Part shown: positions 40,213-59,425 of the stretch, in pieces | How positions within the stretch are numbered: the first letter of the stretch is position 1 | How the letters are laid out: every line of letters starts with the position of its first letter | Assembly: GCA_905178155.1 (NCBI GenBank) | Contig: CAJINV010000006.1 | Location: forward strand, 3,346,437-3,410,436 | Direction of reading: 5' to 3' | DNA: 64,000 nucleotides | Source: Amoebophrya sp. A120 | Taxonomy: Eukaryota > Protista > Dinoflagellata | Translations under genes and position numbers: made by a program | The notes under the pieces: generated by a model | What the model saw: the letters and a program-made list of their open reading frames with translations, nothing else | Databases searched by the model: none | Told to the model about the DNA's origin: nothing

Positions 40213-43200
40213 ATGAAAAACAAGATGCCCGCCCCTGAGAAGAAGAGCGTGAAGCAGCTTCAGGACGGTCTGCAGCCCGAGAACAAGAAGCAGACTGGAA
40301 ACAACACGAACCCGAAGGGCGGGATGAATAAAAAAGGCACGAAAGGCAAGCAGGAGGACGATGTCATCATGGAGGACGCTGGTTTGCAGGGCGGTATCCA
40401 CTAAGAAAGACCCAGCATCCCGCCCATCGACTTGGTCATGCAAAAAATGCGTCAAAGCCACCTGCTCCATCTGAATCTGTGCTTGTCATGCAAAGAATAG
40501 ATGTGGATGGCATGGGTTTCTTCCTCTGGATAACCTCCGGCGAACAGCTTCTACTACCAGGGAAAACAGAGCGAGACGCGGTCGTGGTGGACAAGAAGGA
40601 AGATAAACAGGACGCGGGTATTATGAATTGCAAATATGTCTAGGTCTGGATTTGTGATGCAGGATGTCAAGGACAACAAGATCTGTAATGCATGAATACC
40701 ATTGGCCAGTTTTCTTGTCGTGCTGGATGGCAGTCTGTAATGCTAAACACGAATAAACAATCCGCAAGGATTGTTTATTCGTGTTAAATTTCTCATGCTG
40801 TTAGACGAGGGAAATTTCTCATGCTGTTATGCCGTACAAGCAGCAAGTTTGCAATGCAAGTGTCAGCAACACAAGCTTCCAGACCAAGACATTTTTGCAT
40901 TTGATAGCTATGAAAAACAACGAAGACGACAAGGACGCAGTTTTTTACGAGGCCACTGACAAGGATCGCATGCGTGTGGGTGTGATGACCAACCACACAT
41001 TTCCAATCCTGCGAAAGGACACAAAATATCACTTGCAAAGATTTCGTCTGGAGGGTCTGGAAGATTACGACTACCGGGCTTGTCATCCATGCTCATTAGC
41101 GTCATCACCTCCCTCGATTTTTTATCATGCTTTGTTAGCATCGCGCACGTTGCTTGCACCGAAAAGCCACGCACTTTTGTCATGCAGCAACGCAGTTTGT
41201 CACGCATGGAGAGAAGTAGGTAAAACCCAGCAGCTAAACAACTTGGCATGTTTGGCCTCAAATGATCGTGGCGCTTCGTTCTGTGATCCTTCAAACACCA
41301 GCATCACAAAAGTATTCAATTCCAGACCCAGAGGGCCTTAGATTTGCAATGCATACGAAATCGGGCGGGGGCGGCGGGCGGCTGCGGTATATTCCCGGCA
41401 AAAAGTTCGGCGATCTACAATTATTTCGTATGGGATTCATCTCAAACGTTACGTGCTCAGCTGTCACATGAATTTCTTGTCAGCCAGAATCACAACTATC
41501 ACGCTTCTCACGATCAAGCTTCTTCGCATGACAAGTTCTCGACAACAAGCTAAATAGCATATACAATCTGGGCCAAGTCTGTAATCCAAGTCTCGCACGA
41601 ACGTCCCCCCCTTTCGCTTTTGCCACTCTTGCATCACCAATTCATGTATACAGTTTCGAATGTAACGCTTGAGAGCGCCATACTTCGCACCGGACTGGTG
41701 GAAGAGCCCGACGATCCCGAGGCGGGGGAGCTGAACACGGAGATCCTGGAGCTGCCATTGGCAATCACCGAGACACCATTCCCACGGCTCGGCAAAGGCG
41801 GATACGGGACCGTCTACGCGGTGCATGACAAACTGGCTGTGAAGCGAATTGAGCATTTCGGGGATGAAGACGAGAAATCGAAGAACAAAAAAAGCAAAAG
41901 CCCGATGAAAAATCCTCCACCAGACGCAAACAATAAGAAGAGAAAACCCAGTAACAAAAAGAAGAGTAAGGACGAAGACCAGCTACAGAATAAAAAAAAA
42001 CCCGCGCAAGACAATGGAGACAACAGTAGTGATGACGAGGAAGACGACGATGAGGACAAGATGGGTAAAGACGATTTTATCCGACTTCATCGCGAACTGG
42101 ATTTAATGATGCAGTGTAGCCACGCGAACGTGATTGGGTTTCGTTATCGCAAGAAAAAAGTTTTACAGTTGCGCATTGTGTTGCAGGCCAAGCAAGACAG
42201 ACCAGCTCTGTCATGCCGGGTACGCATAGAAGCCTCGTTTCATTGGTGTTTTCCCGTGGGATTTCTGAATTACAAGCTTTCTCTTTCATGCAGAGAAATT
42301 TGTGTTGCGGAATTGACTACAAGTGTGTAACTGTAACACGACTTTTTTCCTGGGATATTCGCGGCGGATGGGTTAGCGTGGTCAAAAGCTGGAATTTATT
42401 CATCCTCATGGAGCGCGGGATTCCATTGAATAAGTTCCGGTGGAAACAAATCGGCGAAACCTTATGGCTATGCATTGCAAAAGTATCGTAGACGTAGTAG
42501 TAGAAATTGCAATACAAATTTCCTCAGCATGATGAGAAGTAAAATTTGTAATGCAGATTTGCCTTGGAAACAAACAAGATTTGTAATGCAAGAATTGCAT
42601 TTATACGAGTGCGATACTTCTGCATTGCATAATGGCGGTTGTGGGAGGACGACCTCGTGGAGGGAGTGCGGTATTTAGAGAAGCTTGGGTTATGCATTGC
42701 AAAGATGTCTGGGTCTGGAAGGATACAACTTGTGATGCTGCGTTTGGATTCTACAAAAATCTGTATTGCATGAACAGCAAAAGCGGTCCCGTATTTGTCA
42801 CGGCATAGGCATCAGGAAGCCCTCACAAAATCTGTGATGCTAGGGCATGCATCACAGACATCAGGAGTCCGAGTCATGCAAAATGTGCATGACAAACCTG
42901 GCATCCTTCCAGACCCAGACATATTTGCACGCGATAGGGGTATGGCCATCGCGACCTGAAGCGCGAAAATTTATTTTTGATGGCACGCGACGAGGCGGGC
43001 CGGCTGGTTTTGGTGGTTGGTGATTTGGGAACGGCGTATCCACGTGCAAAATACTGAATATTTCCGCGCACGATGGAAAAACGGACTCGCGTCGTCTACT
43101 GCATGACAGACACCCTCTCAATCCTATTTAGCATGACAAATGGCATGCCTGGAGTCCTATAACCTGCATATAATCTGTGATGCACTTTGTACATCTGCCT

Positions 43201-46200
43201 CTGCGGGAATACATTATTTGTATTGCATACGGCGAAGCTCTTTTCCGCCGCACTGGGCGACGCAGGCACACACAGCCCCCGCTCTTCGTGCGGCACCGGC
43301 GCATACACGCCCCCGGAAACCGCGAGCTACTACGCATTGCAAATGTCTTTGGGCCTTGACTTGTGATGCGGTTGTTCACTGCGACAAAGATGAAGATCGT
43401 CTGTACTTCATGAAAAGGATTCGTGACTTATTTTTTTGTCGGGCTAGAAGGCATCTTTCCCTGACCAAAATATTACAGTTAAGTGTGCAATAACACTGGG
43501 GAAAACTTGTGATGCGCTCATGCCACACGAGAATCTTGCAAAAGAAGTCAGTGTAGCAACATCCTGTGCAAGACAAAGACATATTTGCATTCGATAGCTT
43601 CCTCCAGGAGACCAGCAGTGGTATCAAGTTCGTGAAAGGCCACGACTTACGCAGTGCAAATATGTCTGGGTCTGGAAGAGTGCAACTTGTGAAGCTGCAT
43701 TTGGATGCTAAAAAAACCTGTATTGCATGAGCAGCAAGGGAAGGCAAATTTGGCTACGCGGAGAGGGCATTTGTCATGCGGGATGCGCATCGATAAGCCC
43801 TCAAAAATCTGTGATGCTAAGGCATGTGTAGCACAGACATCACGTTCACGAATCATGGAAAATGTGCATGGCAAACTTGTCCTCTTCCAGACCCAGACAT
43901 ATTTGCATTAGATACGACTATTGGGCGATAGGTCACATTATCTGCGAAGTTTTAAGCGATGCCGGGGAGGAGGAAGAGCTGATGAAGCTGCTGTGTGGCA
44001 AGTACTATCCTGCGCAAAAGTTGTCTCGTCCTCGCAGTAGGTTGCAAAACGACACGAGAAGCCTACCTTTGTCGTCTTACTTATGGGAGTGGGTGGCCAC
44101 CTCTCAAAGGTAAGTGCGAACTTGTCATGCAATTCGTACAACACCTAGTAGCTACGATACTTTTGCGCTGCATAATTACTGGAGGGAGTCTGAAGACGAG
44201 GACGATGACGAGGACAGTGGTGATGATATTCTGTGTAAAGACGCCCCCAGGACGCCAGAGCTGTCATGCAAATCTGCCTGCCTCGAGTGTTTCTCTTGCG
44301 CGCCAAGTGTGGTTTTGATTTTTATCATGCTTGAGTCAGTCTCAGTGTAAGATGCCCTATCGACTGTGATGCTGCTGCACTCCTAGCTACAAAACTACTC
44401 GCCTACATTTTTGCAAGCCCAGAAATGAACTTGTCATGCGCAACAACCAAAAGCAAAACTTGTTGATTTCTCGAGCACATTTTCCATTTTTCCTCTGGGG
44501 AGGAGGTGGGGGCGTGTTTACTCGGGATAGGTGACGACGACGACGCAGAAGACGATGAGAATGACGATGAATATGCCTTGCAAAAAAAATGTCTTCTGGT
44601 AGTTGGAAAAATCTGTGACGCAGATGTGTAGATGGACCACGCCCCTCTTTTTCGAGCCACGCATGGCAAGTTGCTGAACCGTTATCTATGTGACCATACG
44701 CGGACCGCATGACAAATTGCATTTTTGCACGACAGGTGTTTGTTTTGTCGCCGTGCTCGTGTCAACCAAGCATGATAACGACCCTTGCATTCTTGTTCCA
44801 GACCCAGAACACATAATTCTTGCAGTGCATACTGACAGAGAATTTTCCATCTCCTTCGCGGACGGCGAGCTCCAGGAGGAAGTGGCCTGGCATGTTGCTA
44901 GTACGCTTTGCAAGTCTGTCCTCTGGGTCTGGAATAAACTTGTAATGCTAAAAGCGCAGGATAAGCGCATTGTTATGCCCAGCCAAACATAGCAAATTCT
45001 TGAGCTGCTATGTGTTGCGTATCCTGCATCCATGGGAAGCTGCTTGTGCATGACAGACTTTCGCGTCATGTCATGCATGCATGCATGACAAACGTAGCAA
45101 TGTTCCAGACCCAGATATATTTGCGATGCATAGGTACCCGGGTGATTGCGTCTGACGTGGATGCGAATACAACCAGAGCCGCCATCCAGATCACAAGGCT
45201 GGCTGGTCCGTGGATATCCATTGCAAATATGTCTGGGTCTGGGAAGTTGTGCCGGCGCAAGTCAGTGAATAATGAGCACACCCACACAACAAACTACACA
45301 ATAAAGATCCCAGAGTCAACGTGCCAGTCTAGCATGACTAATGATCTCGCAATCTTCCAGACCCAGACGTATTAGCATTTGATAGGGGAGAAAGTTGTAC
45401 AACAAGTTGGAAAAAAAATGGACCAACTTACTCGGAAAGGCGCGGGAGGTCTCCCCGGTGTGTGCCGAGGTAGCGAGGCAGTGCCTGGCCTACGTGCCGG
45501 AGAGTCGGAAACTGCTCACCACCGCAGAAGCAGCAGAGGCCCTGGCCGCGAGAGCTAAAGCAGAGGAAGACGGCGCGCTCAAGGAGGGTAAAGGGATATC
45601 CACTGCAAACGCGTCTGGGTCTGGAAGATTGAAACTTGTGATGCGCATTCTGGATCAGACAAAAATCTGTCATGCGTGAAAGGCACAAGTGGCCTATCTC
45701 TTGTCATCAAAAGTAGAACATGGAAATTCTCATGTGGGACTGGCATTGAGAAGGTTCTCAAAACCAGTTGTGATGCGAATGCTTGTATGCTAGGGCGTCT
45801 GGGTCCTGCAAAAACTGCATCACAAAGTCCAGACCCACACGTATTTGCAATGTTGCATAAGGCAAAAAAGATAGCAGCAAGAAGATGGCCGAGAAAACAA
45901 AAGAAGATGAGGAACAGGACCGGGAGCGGCAGCAAAGTGAGGCACTGGAGTTGCTGAGAGGCGCGAAGCAGGTGCGGAACACGCACCGTGACGGGTTGCA
46001 GTTGGTTTATGACCATTTAGAAGAGGAGGGAGCAACGGAGAACGAGTTGATTGCTATCCTTTGCAAAAGTATTTCTGTGGTCGTAGGTGTCGGGAGCTTG
46101 CATAAGAAACAAGCAGCACGAGACCCAAGCTGTTACATGCTGAAGAACAGAGGCCTGGTCGAGGGTCCCGGTGACCGTGATAGTGATACTTTTGCACCGC

Positions 46201-48756
46201 ATACCTTGCTACGCGCAACAAATCATCAAGGAACAACTGCTGTCCGAAAAGGCCATAAGCCTCCGCGACCCGTCGGTGTTCGGTGGCGCAGTGCCCGGCT
46301 ACGGCCCGCAAGAACTCGAGCTCTTCGGCGAGCAGTATGAGGACCACTCCCAGCGCAAACAATTATCGAGTGCAAATCTGTGGTCTGGGTCTGGAATAAA
46401 GAAAGTTGAATCTGTATTGCTTGACCTGCATGGATGTGTGTGAAATTTGTATTGCGCGTCAATTATCAGGAAGAAATGCAACACTTGTCTTTTGTCATGC
46501 AAAAGCGCAAGCTGTTTCTCATGAGCGCTACAACGCATGACAAGATGTCTCAAATAAAAGTTTGTCATGCTTGGCTGCTGCACTCGCGAAAGTGGATGCA
46601 GCATAACAAGTTTATTCCAGACCCAGATATATTTTCCAAGCATAATAACCGCACCTGCCCGATTCGCGACCCGGCCTCTTCGGCCAGCTGGCCAAGAAAA
46701 CGGCACAGGTTGTCCCCACCGCGCTTCTGCCGTCCGGGTTGAGAGGAATCCTGAAAAACAACACCAGTACAACTTCTAGCGGAGGACAAAATATTAACCA
46801 GAAAAACACGACCTACAGCCAGAGGTCCACAACTTCCAACCGTTCTGCCTTCTCCCTCAAGAGTCGTGGCGGGCAATCTGCTTCCTCTTCATCCTCTGCA
46901 CTATTTCTGCAACCAAACAGCGGTGCAGGGAGCAGCAGCAGCTACCACAACAACCTTAACTACAGCGGCGGGGTAAAAAACGCCTTCTCGTCCGTACCAC
47001 CCGGAGCATCTTCTTCCTCTGCGGGTGCGGGTGCGCTGCAACTGCGACAGCCGATGTTATTCAATCGGGACGAGGATGAAGAAATTTTGCTTCAGGAGCT
47101 TGAAGGGTTTGATGATCAAGACGATGACACAACTAATAAACACGGAAAAACCCACGCATCTGGCAGCAAAGTAGTAAAATTTGGTTGCTTCGGTGGCGCC
47201 TCGTCGTTGCTCGGAATGAAGAACCGCAACAGCGCGATCGGCAGCAAGAAGCGTACCACTCATAGATACGATAGTTTTATCTTGCTCAAGAACAGCACTT
47301 CGTCAACCTGCGTACTAGGCTCTCTTTGAATACGTCCTCAGGTGGACGAGTGTTGAATGTTTAGACATAATTCAAGGACATTTATGTTATTGAAAAACGC
47401 AACAGTATTTTTACTTTTCATCACCCACACTACAACAAACCCAGGCCCGCAGCAAACCATCACACCTGGCCTATGCACTGCAACCATGTCTGGCAGTGGT
47501 CTAGAAAAGTGCTAGAGAATAATTTTGTCATGTTAATGTATTGCTATTGATCTGATCATGCTAATATCACCATTGATGAGCCAACATGATCTCACCTTCA
47601 GCAACATCACCGGAAAATGAACATCAGTGTTTTGCATTTCTTACCGTGCTGCATTTTTCTAGTGTTCCTCCTAGATGTGGACGATTTGCACTCGATACGG
47701 AAACACGCCCGGCGATTTTGATGACGGTGACGCCGGCATGGTAACCGCGGAGGAACAGCAACTCGCCGCAGAAATCACGAATCACATGGGCGACCACAGT
47801 TTCTACTCGCTGCAAAAGTATCGCACCTACTTGTGGTTCAACAATTCAAAATTCAAATTCTAAATTGCCATTGCGATGCAAGCGCATGACAAATATATAC
47901 CTTCTGAATCAAACGAAAAAAAAATTCTTTGAGCAAAATGAAAATTGCATTATGCAATTTCAATTTCGAATTAACGAGTGGAAGTAGTGCGATGCTTTTG
48001 CCTTGCATAGCTCCATCTGGGTGACGAAAGAAAATCCGTCCGGCACCACTGTGAAGAATGCTGCAACCCAACCGAAAAAGCGGCAGCTGCGGATCTCAGA
48101 CATTGTCAACGGTCGTTTGGTACCCTCGGGAAAGAAAGGATCGCGCTCGCAAGTAAAAATCCAGTATCAAAAATTTTGAATGAAAAAGTAAGCTTCGTTT
48201 GCAGAACTTCTTCTACACTCAGAACCAGAAGCGAACGAGTGCTCGTGGAAACTAGCTTTGATTGAATGCAACAAATGATGTACACATCCCAATAGTATTG
48301 AGTCAACGGATATGAAGATAGTTGTTGGGAGTTGTTGTGGTCCTTTTGCAATCCATACTCGGTGCCAGCGGACAACGACAAGAGCAACGGAGCGATGACC
48401 ACGCACGTGCAGCCGGGTCACTGGATGCCGTACACAATGGGATTGATATGGACTGCAAATATGTCTGGGTCTGGAAGACGAAGATTGCAAGACTTTTGTC
48501 ATGCCGGACATGATATCATCAGTCGAGACCTCCACCCTGTAATGTATAAATATGGCTTTTAGCATGACAGCCTTTCACTTCCCGACCCAGACTGGTACAT
48601 TTTTGCCTTTGATAAAGGATGGCGCAGCACAACCAAGCAAGCTGGGATCACCTCCGGGAAGAACAGCCGCAGAAGGTCGCGCAGCTCTTCGAAAACAGTG
48701 GTCGGAAGTTTTCCAACTCTCTGCAGAAGGTTTCCTGGCAGGAGAAACCAAAGTGA
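40213..48756 (+). CDS. Divergent Ser/Thr protein kinase with charged inserts and a long C-terminal tail
   Basis: Removing introners starting at 40395, 40622, 41027, 41429, 42145, 42469, 42691, 43037, 43331, 43648, 44006, 44227, 44572, 44902, 45215, 45597, 46055 and 46364 gives LGKGGYGTVY, LAVKRI, RELDLM...HANVIGF, GHRDLKRENLFL, VGDLGTAK, CGTGAYTPPE, HDYWAIG and CLAYVPESR. The extension past 47252 (GT-AG 47253-47444, elements 47472-47697, 47804-48009, 48121-48357, 48447-48614, stop 48756) is less certain; the alternative stop is 47329. Confidence 0.85.
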
Positions 48757-50191
48757 AGAGTAGAACGACGTGTAGGTGTGAAGAGGAGCAGTGAATAGTT
48801 TTTGGTGATAAAAAACAAATTATAGTAACTGGTGGTCGCGTTCGTGATATGAAGTCGATGAACAAGAACAACGAGAACGAGCAATTTTTTATAGAAGACG
48901 GACGGCGCTGTAGTACAAGTAAGAAGTGAATAAGAATAGGACGGGTGTGAAGATGAAAGGAGGAGGGGTCATCTTCACGTTGTGACGGCGGGAGGTGTGA
49001 TGTTGAAAGCGTAGCTTCCTTTTTTTTCGAACGTCGTGAACACAGCAACTTACTATATTTTGTTTTTATGATCTCTCACTCGAAGTTGAAGTTGAACTGC
49101 TACGCATGCTACTAGAGGATCGTCAAGTTCATCTTCTTCCATCGCACCATCATCCGCTATTTTCTTCACAGAATGAGCAACTTTCGTTTACTTGTTGACG
49201 CAACTCTCAACTGCACTGAGTCCGTTTTTTGTACATCTTCGTTTATTTATTGCAGGATGCAGTGACAATCTAATTTTAAACCGGTGAAGGTTTCTACATC
49301 CAAAATTCTCTGTCAAAGTGAAGCTTAGAACTCAGGATTGCTAACAGATGCGACGTTTTTTACGTTTATGTAATTAGAGCTACTGCGATTCTGGTCGCAC
49401 GGCGGTCGGCAATGGCAGAAAAGAAATAGCCGTACTACCAAATCCAAAACTTCAAATTTGAACCAATGCAAAGGCCGCAGAAAGAAACTCTACTCCAAAT
49501 ATATAGTTTTGAGCTACCTGAGCTTCATCCAAATCAAGAGATACGGAGGCCCCTAGCAAAATGCAAAGTCGCTCAGTTGTGTCTTGTCTTCTCTCAGTCA
49601 AGGCGCCGCTTACTATACTTTATTAAAAAATATTCTCTTTAACTTATTTTGTACAAGAAAATCGCGAGAATCAAATCTTGAAACCTGGGTGTGTAGTGTT
49701 TGCGTGACGAGCACACCCTTCCGTGTTTATAGATAGAAATGGCTAGATTTCATTTAGGTTGTCTTCTTCGTCATTTTAACCCACACTACAGGATGTGCAC
49801 GCAACAACTCTCAGTTCGCCCTGCTACTGTGCTCTATTCAAACTTCCCTTTGGGATTTTACTTTCTATATAGATAGAAATGTCTTGTGGTTTTCGCACTT
49901 TAACAGCAAGGAGTGCATCAAAAAATCATTTGGCCTAGCGGACAAGCGGCCCACTCCCGTGTGTCTAAGTCCAGCGTCGCCACAACCAGAAGTAAAATAA
50001 AGAGGAGCCAGCTCAAGAAACAAACCGCGAATCAATACGGGGGTGCTTCGTCCACTCTCACAACGTTACAATACAAGCGACGCGATTTTGTTTAAAATTG
50101 AAATCCATTTATCGTACGACTAGAACTACAATTTACCCAAAACAGAATACAAACACGTTTGATTCTGGCGAGATGCCCGATGTGAAGCGCA

Positions 50192-52328
50192 GGTCACTTT
50201 GACCCACTTTGAAGTGGGTCGAAACACGACCTGACGACCCACTTTCAAGTGGGCCTGAAAGTGGGTCATTTTGACCCACTTTTGTGGGGGGGCGGAAAGT
50301 GGGTCACTTTGAGGTGGGCCCGAAAGTGTGTCACTTTGACCCACTTTGAAGTGGGTCAAAACACGACCTGACGACCCACATTCAAGTGGGTCTGGAAGTG
50401 GGTCACTTTGAACCACTTTTGTGAGGACCGGAAAGTGGGTCACTTTGAACCACTTTTCTGGGGGGGCGGAAAGTGGGTCACTTTGAGGTGGGCCCGAAAG
50501 TGGGCCACTTTGACCCACTTTGAAGTGGGTCGAAACACGACCTGACGACCCACATTCAAGTGGGTCTGAAAGTGGGTCACTTTGATCCACTTTTGTGGGG
50601 ACCGGAAAGTGGGTCACTTTGACCCACTTTGAAGTGGGTCAAAACACGACCTGACGACCCACTTTCAGGTGGGTCGGAAAGTGGGTCACTTTGACCCACT
50701 TTTGTGGGGGGGCGGAAAGTGGGTCACTTTGAGGTGGGCCCGAAAGTGGGCCACTTTGACCCACTTTGAAGTGGGTCGAAACACGACCTGACGACCCACA
50801 TTCAAGTGGGTCTGAAAGTGGGTCACTTTGATCCACTTTTGTGGGGACCGGAAAGTGGGTCACTTTGACCCACTTTGAAGTGGGTCAAAACACGACCTGA
50901 CGACCCACTTTCAGGTGGGTCGGAAAGTGGGTCACTTTGACCCACTTTTGTGGGGGGGCGGAAAGTGGGTCACTTTGAGGTGGGCCCGAAAGTGGGCCAC
51001 TTTGACCCACTTTGAAGTGGGTCGAAACACGACCTGACGACCCACATTCAAGTGGGTCTGAAAGTGGGTCACTTTGATCCACTTTTGTGGGGACCGGAAA
51101 GTGGGTCACTTTGACCCACTTTGAAGTGGGTCAAAACACGACCTGACGACCCACTTTCAGGTGGGTCGGAAAGTGGGTCACTTTGACCCACTTTTGTGGG
51201 GGGGCGGAAAGTGGGTCACTTTGAGGTGGGCCCGAAAGTGGGCCACTTTGACCCACTTTGAAGTGGGTCGAAACACGACCTGACGACCCACATTCAAGTG
51301 GGTCTGAAAGTGGGTCACTTTGATCCACTTTTGTGGGGACCGGAAAGTGGGTCACTTTGACCCACTTTGAAGTGGGTCAAAACACGACCTGACGACCCAC
51401 TTTCAGGTGGGTCGGAAAGTGGGTCACTTTGACCCACTTTTGTGGGGGGGCGGAAAGTGGGTCACTTTGAGGTGGGCCCGAAAGTGGGCCACTTTGACCC
51501 ACTTTGAAGTGGGTCGAAACACGACCTGACGACCCACATTCAAGTGGGTCTGAAAGTGGGTCACTTTGATCCACTTTTGTGGGGACCGGAAAGTGGGTCA
51601 CTTTGACCCACTTTGAAGTGGGTCAAAACACGACCTGACGACCCACTTTCAGGTGGGTCGGAAAGTGGGTCACTTTGACCCACTTTTGTGGGGGGGCGGA
51701 AAGTGGGTCACTTTGAGGTGGGCCCGAAAGTGGGCCACTTTGACCCACTTTGAAGTGGGTCGAAACACGACCTGACGACCCACATTCAAGTGGGTCTGAA
51801 AGTGGGTCACTTTGATCCACTTTTGTGGGGACCGGAAAGTGGGTCACTTTGACCCACTTTGAAGTGGGTCAAAACACGACCTGACGACCCACTTTCAGGT
51901 GGGTCGGAAAGTGGGTCACTTTGACCCACTTTTGTGGGGGGGCGGAAAGTGGGTCACTTTGAGGTGGGCCCGAAAGTGGGCCACTTTGACCCACTTCGAA
52001 GTGGGTCGAAACACGACCTGACGACCCACATTCAAGTGGGTCTGAAAGTGGGTCACTTTGACCCACTTTTGTGGGGACCGGAAAGTGGGTCACTTTGACC
52101 CACTTTGAAGTGGGTCAAAACACGACCTGACGACCCACTTTCAAGTGGGTCTGAAAGTGGGTCACTTTGACCCACTTTTGTGGGGAGGCGGAAAGTGGGT
52201 CACTTTGAGGCGGGCCTGAAAGTGGGCCACTTTGGCCCACTTTGAAGTGGGTCGAAACACGACCTGACGACCCACATTCAAGTGGGTCTGAAAGTACTTC
52301 ACTTTGACCCACTTTTGTGGGGGCCGGA
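50192..52328. repeat. Tandem satellite with a 246-bp higher-order unit (~8-9 copies) built of AAAGTGGGTCA / TGACCCACTTT inverted motifs
   Basis: Repeat-derived ORFs recur exactly every 246 bp (50639, 50885, 51131, 51377, 51623, 51869, 52115). Core motif GAAAGTGGGTCACTTTGACCCACTTT. Confidence 0.95.
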
Positions 52329-53087
52329 AATGATTTGTGGTCCTGATTTCAGGGCCGGGCTGACCCTAATTCGTCCTGACCCTGAATTCAGCGTCGGAGT
52401 GAGCCTGGTCTCAACCATCAACAAAACACAAACCAACAATTTTTTTTTGGCATAATTATTGCCACACTTACAATGAGTCGGTTGCTGAGCTATCCTTTTT
52501 CCCTGGGAGCGAATTGGTGAGTCGGCATGGCACGAGGAATTCTCACGGTCGCAATAAAATTTTAGAAAGGAGCGACAAGAAAAAGAATGAGCAGTTGAAG
52601 ATCGGTATGATATTCAGGAGTTCGGTCGTGCGGTGTGCTACAACTGGTAAGTAGCACTTCAGAAGTTGTACTCCCATCGAAAAGAGATGAGAGGACGGCA
52701 CGCAACAGCACATAATTACCGAGTGAGTTTTTTTCACATGAAAATTATTGAGAGCATATGATATTACCCCGACTTCTGTGTTTGGTGTTTTTTATCCAGT
52801 ACCCCGGCACATTTGTCTACTACTCACCAAGAGCCACTAAAGCTAGTAGACCCCATCAACAACATATTTATAGTAAAAACGAGTTTTAGCACCAGATTTA
52901 CTTTACTTGCCGTACTGTACAAGTTGAGGGCGAGTCTCGAGACCGACGTGCTGAAGCATTCAGCAGTTCATTTTCGTTCAGTTCAACATTTATTTATAAC
53001 CGAGGAACCCCTGCAGCGGGACAACACGACAGAGCTGCTGGAGATATTTAGTATTATTTGTCAAACCCATCATCATCTACCGTCAAT

Positions 53088-57991
<4,904 letters not shown>

Positions 57992-59425
57992 GGAAGGGGA
58001 TTGATGCGGGAAGTTTTGGTGCAATTTTTATCCGTGGGAGAAGCAGCTCACCATGCACAGATGAAGGAGGGAGGGGCCGCTAGTCCCAGAGGACTTCTCT
58101 CGGATACCAATTCGTATCTTCTCACGTGACACTGGATCTGAGTCGTAAATTTGGTAAGTATAGCAACAACTATTTTCCATCTTGTAATCACACGAAGGAC
58201 TGTTATGACTTTCACCAGAAGAAGATATTCAACAAGTTTCAAGTATATCACACCTATCAAAATCTACTAAACTCAAGCAGGCGGAAGACAACTTTTTCAC
58301 GCTGCTAGAATCGGAATCAGAAACAGAACACCCTCGAATTTTTGTTGAAAAGCGTCTCAGACGGGCAGTCGATCCGGAGGTCGTGGTACCCAGAATCATT
58401 CAGTAGGCTCGTCTCGTCCGATGTCTCGTTAGTCAACGAGCACGATGAGGGGCTGAAGCGTACTTTTATCAAAAGACCAAGGAAGATGTCTGGACGCTCG
58501 CGCGCCGCCCTCAGGCGTTCTGCACATCAATCAACATTTTTTTTTTTTTCATCCGTAGCAACGACTGAAACCCGTCGAACGACCACCTCCCCGCCCATGA
58601 TTAAGTATTCCTATTAACTAGCTTCTTTCACAGCACTAGTTCCTACCTGATGTAAGGCTAAGATCAGGACCCAAGAAGTCTACAACCGACAGTATTTCAC
58701 GCTCACCCACCCAGCAATACAGAATCCCTGTGTCAAATTGCACAAGAAAAATGAGTGGTGTCACGACGCATTACAACATTTTGTAAAATTCATCGTGATC
58801 GTTACCAAGACTATTTCTACTCCTTCTACACATGTATCGTAAAGAATGAAAGGCTAACTATGCTCGTCAAGCCGTGACGGCGACGCTTATGTACAGAGCA
58901 TGAGTAGAATAAAACAACTTCGCGCCAGTGGTCCTCCTCCTGATGACATCATTTTTGAGAACCAGGGTCGTCCCGGCTCACCTGGAAGGGTGGTGCACTG
59001 GCGTCGAAAGAACAACTTTCTGTGGAATGGTGAACTGCCCCGGCGGCGAAGTAGACACAGCATTTCGTTGTAGAGAAGATCGAGAATAAATGGGAATAAC
59101 ACTACACCGCAGAAGAAAAAAACCACAACTATCGTTCGAGAGAAAGCAGTTGCTTTCTCCACCAAGTGGTTCGTCTGTGTGTTCACGTAAAGTGTCGTGT
59201 CCTGTTTCATCCGTAATTTTACGTGACCGTCATACCTCCTCGTCTTCTATTACTGTTCTTGTTTGATGTACTTAGTACCATTGAGCCGAGGCGATTAAGG
59301 GGACTACACCAGCACCGCCCATCCTCGTCTGCCGCAGCAGCTTTTTGCTGCAACAAGAACCCGAGCCAAAACAACTCTAGTATCTGTTGAGGAGAAGCCT
59401 CCAATAGAACACGGACAGCATCAAG

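Noticed and set aside
50126-52312. Repeated 74-aa minus-strand ORFs, or a possible CRISPR array
   Set aside because: These are translations of the satellite. The units are identical, with no unique spacers and no cas genes.
58536-58565. Poly-T followed by TCCGTAGC as a dinoflagellate spliced-leader relic
   Set aside because: Only ~8 nt match; the rest of the leader (CATTTTGGCTCAAG) is absent.
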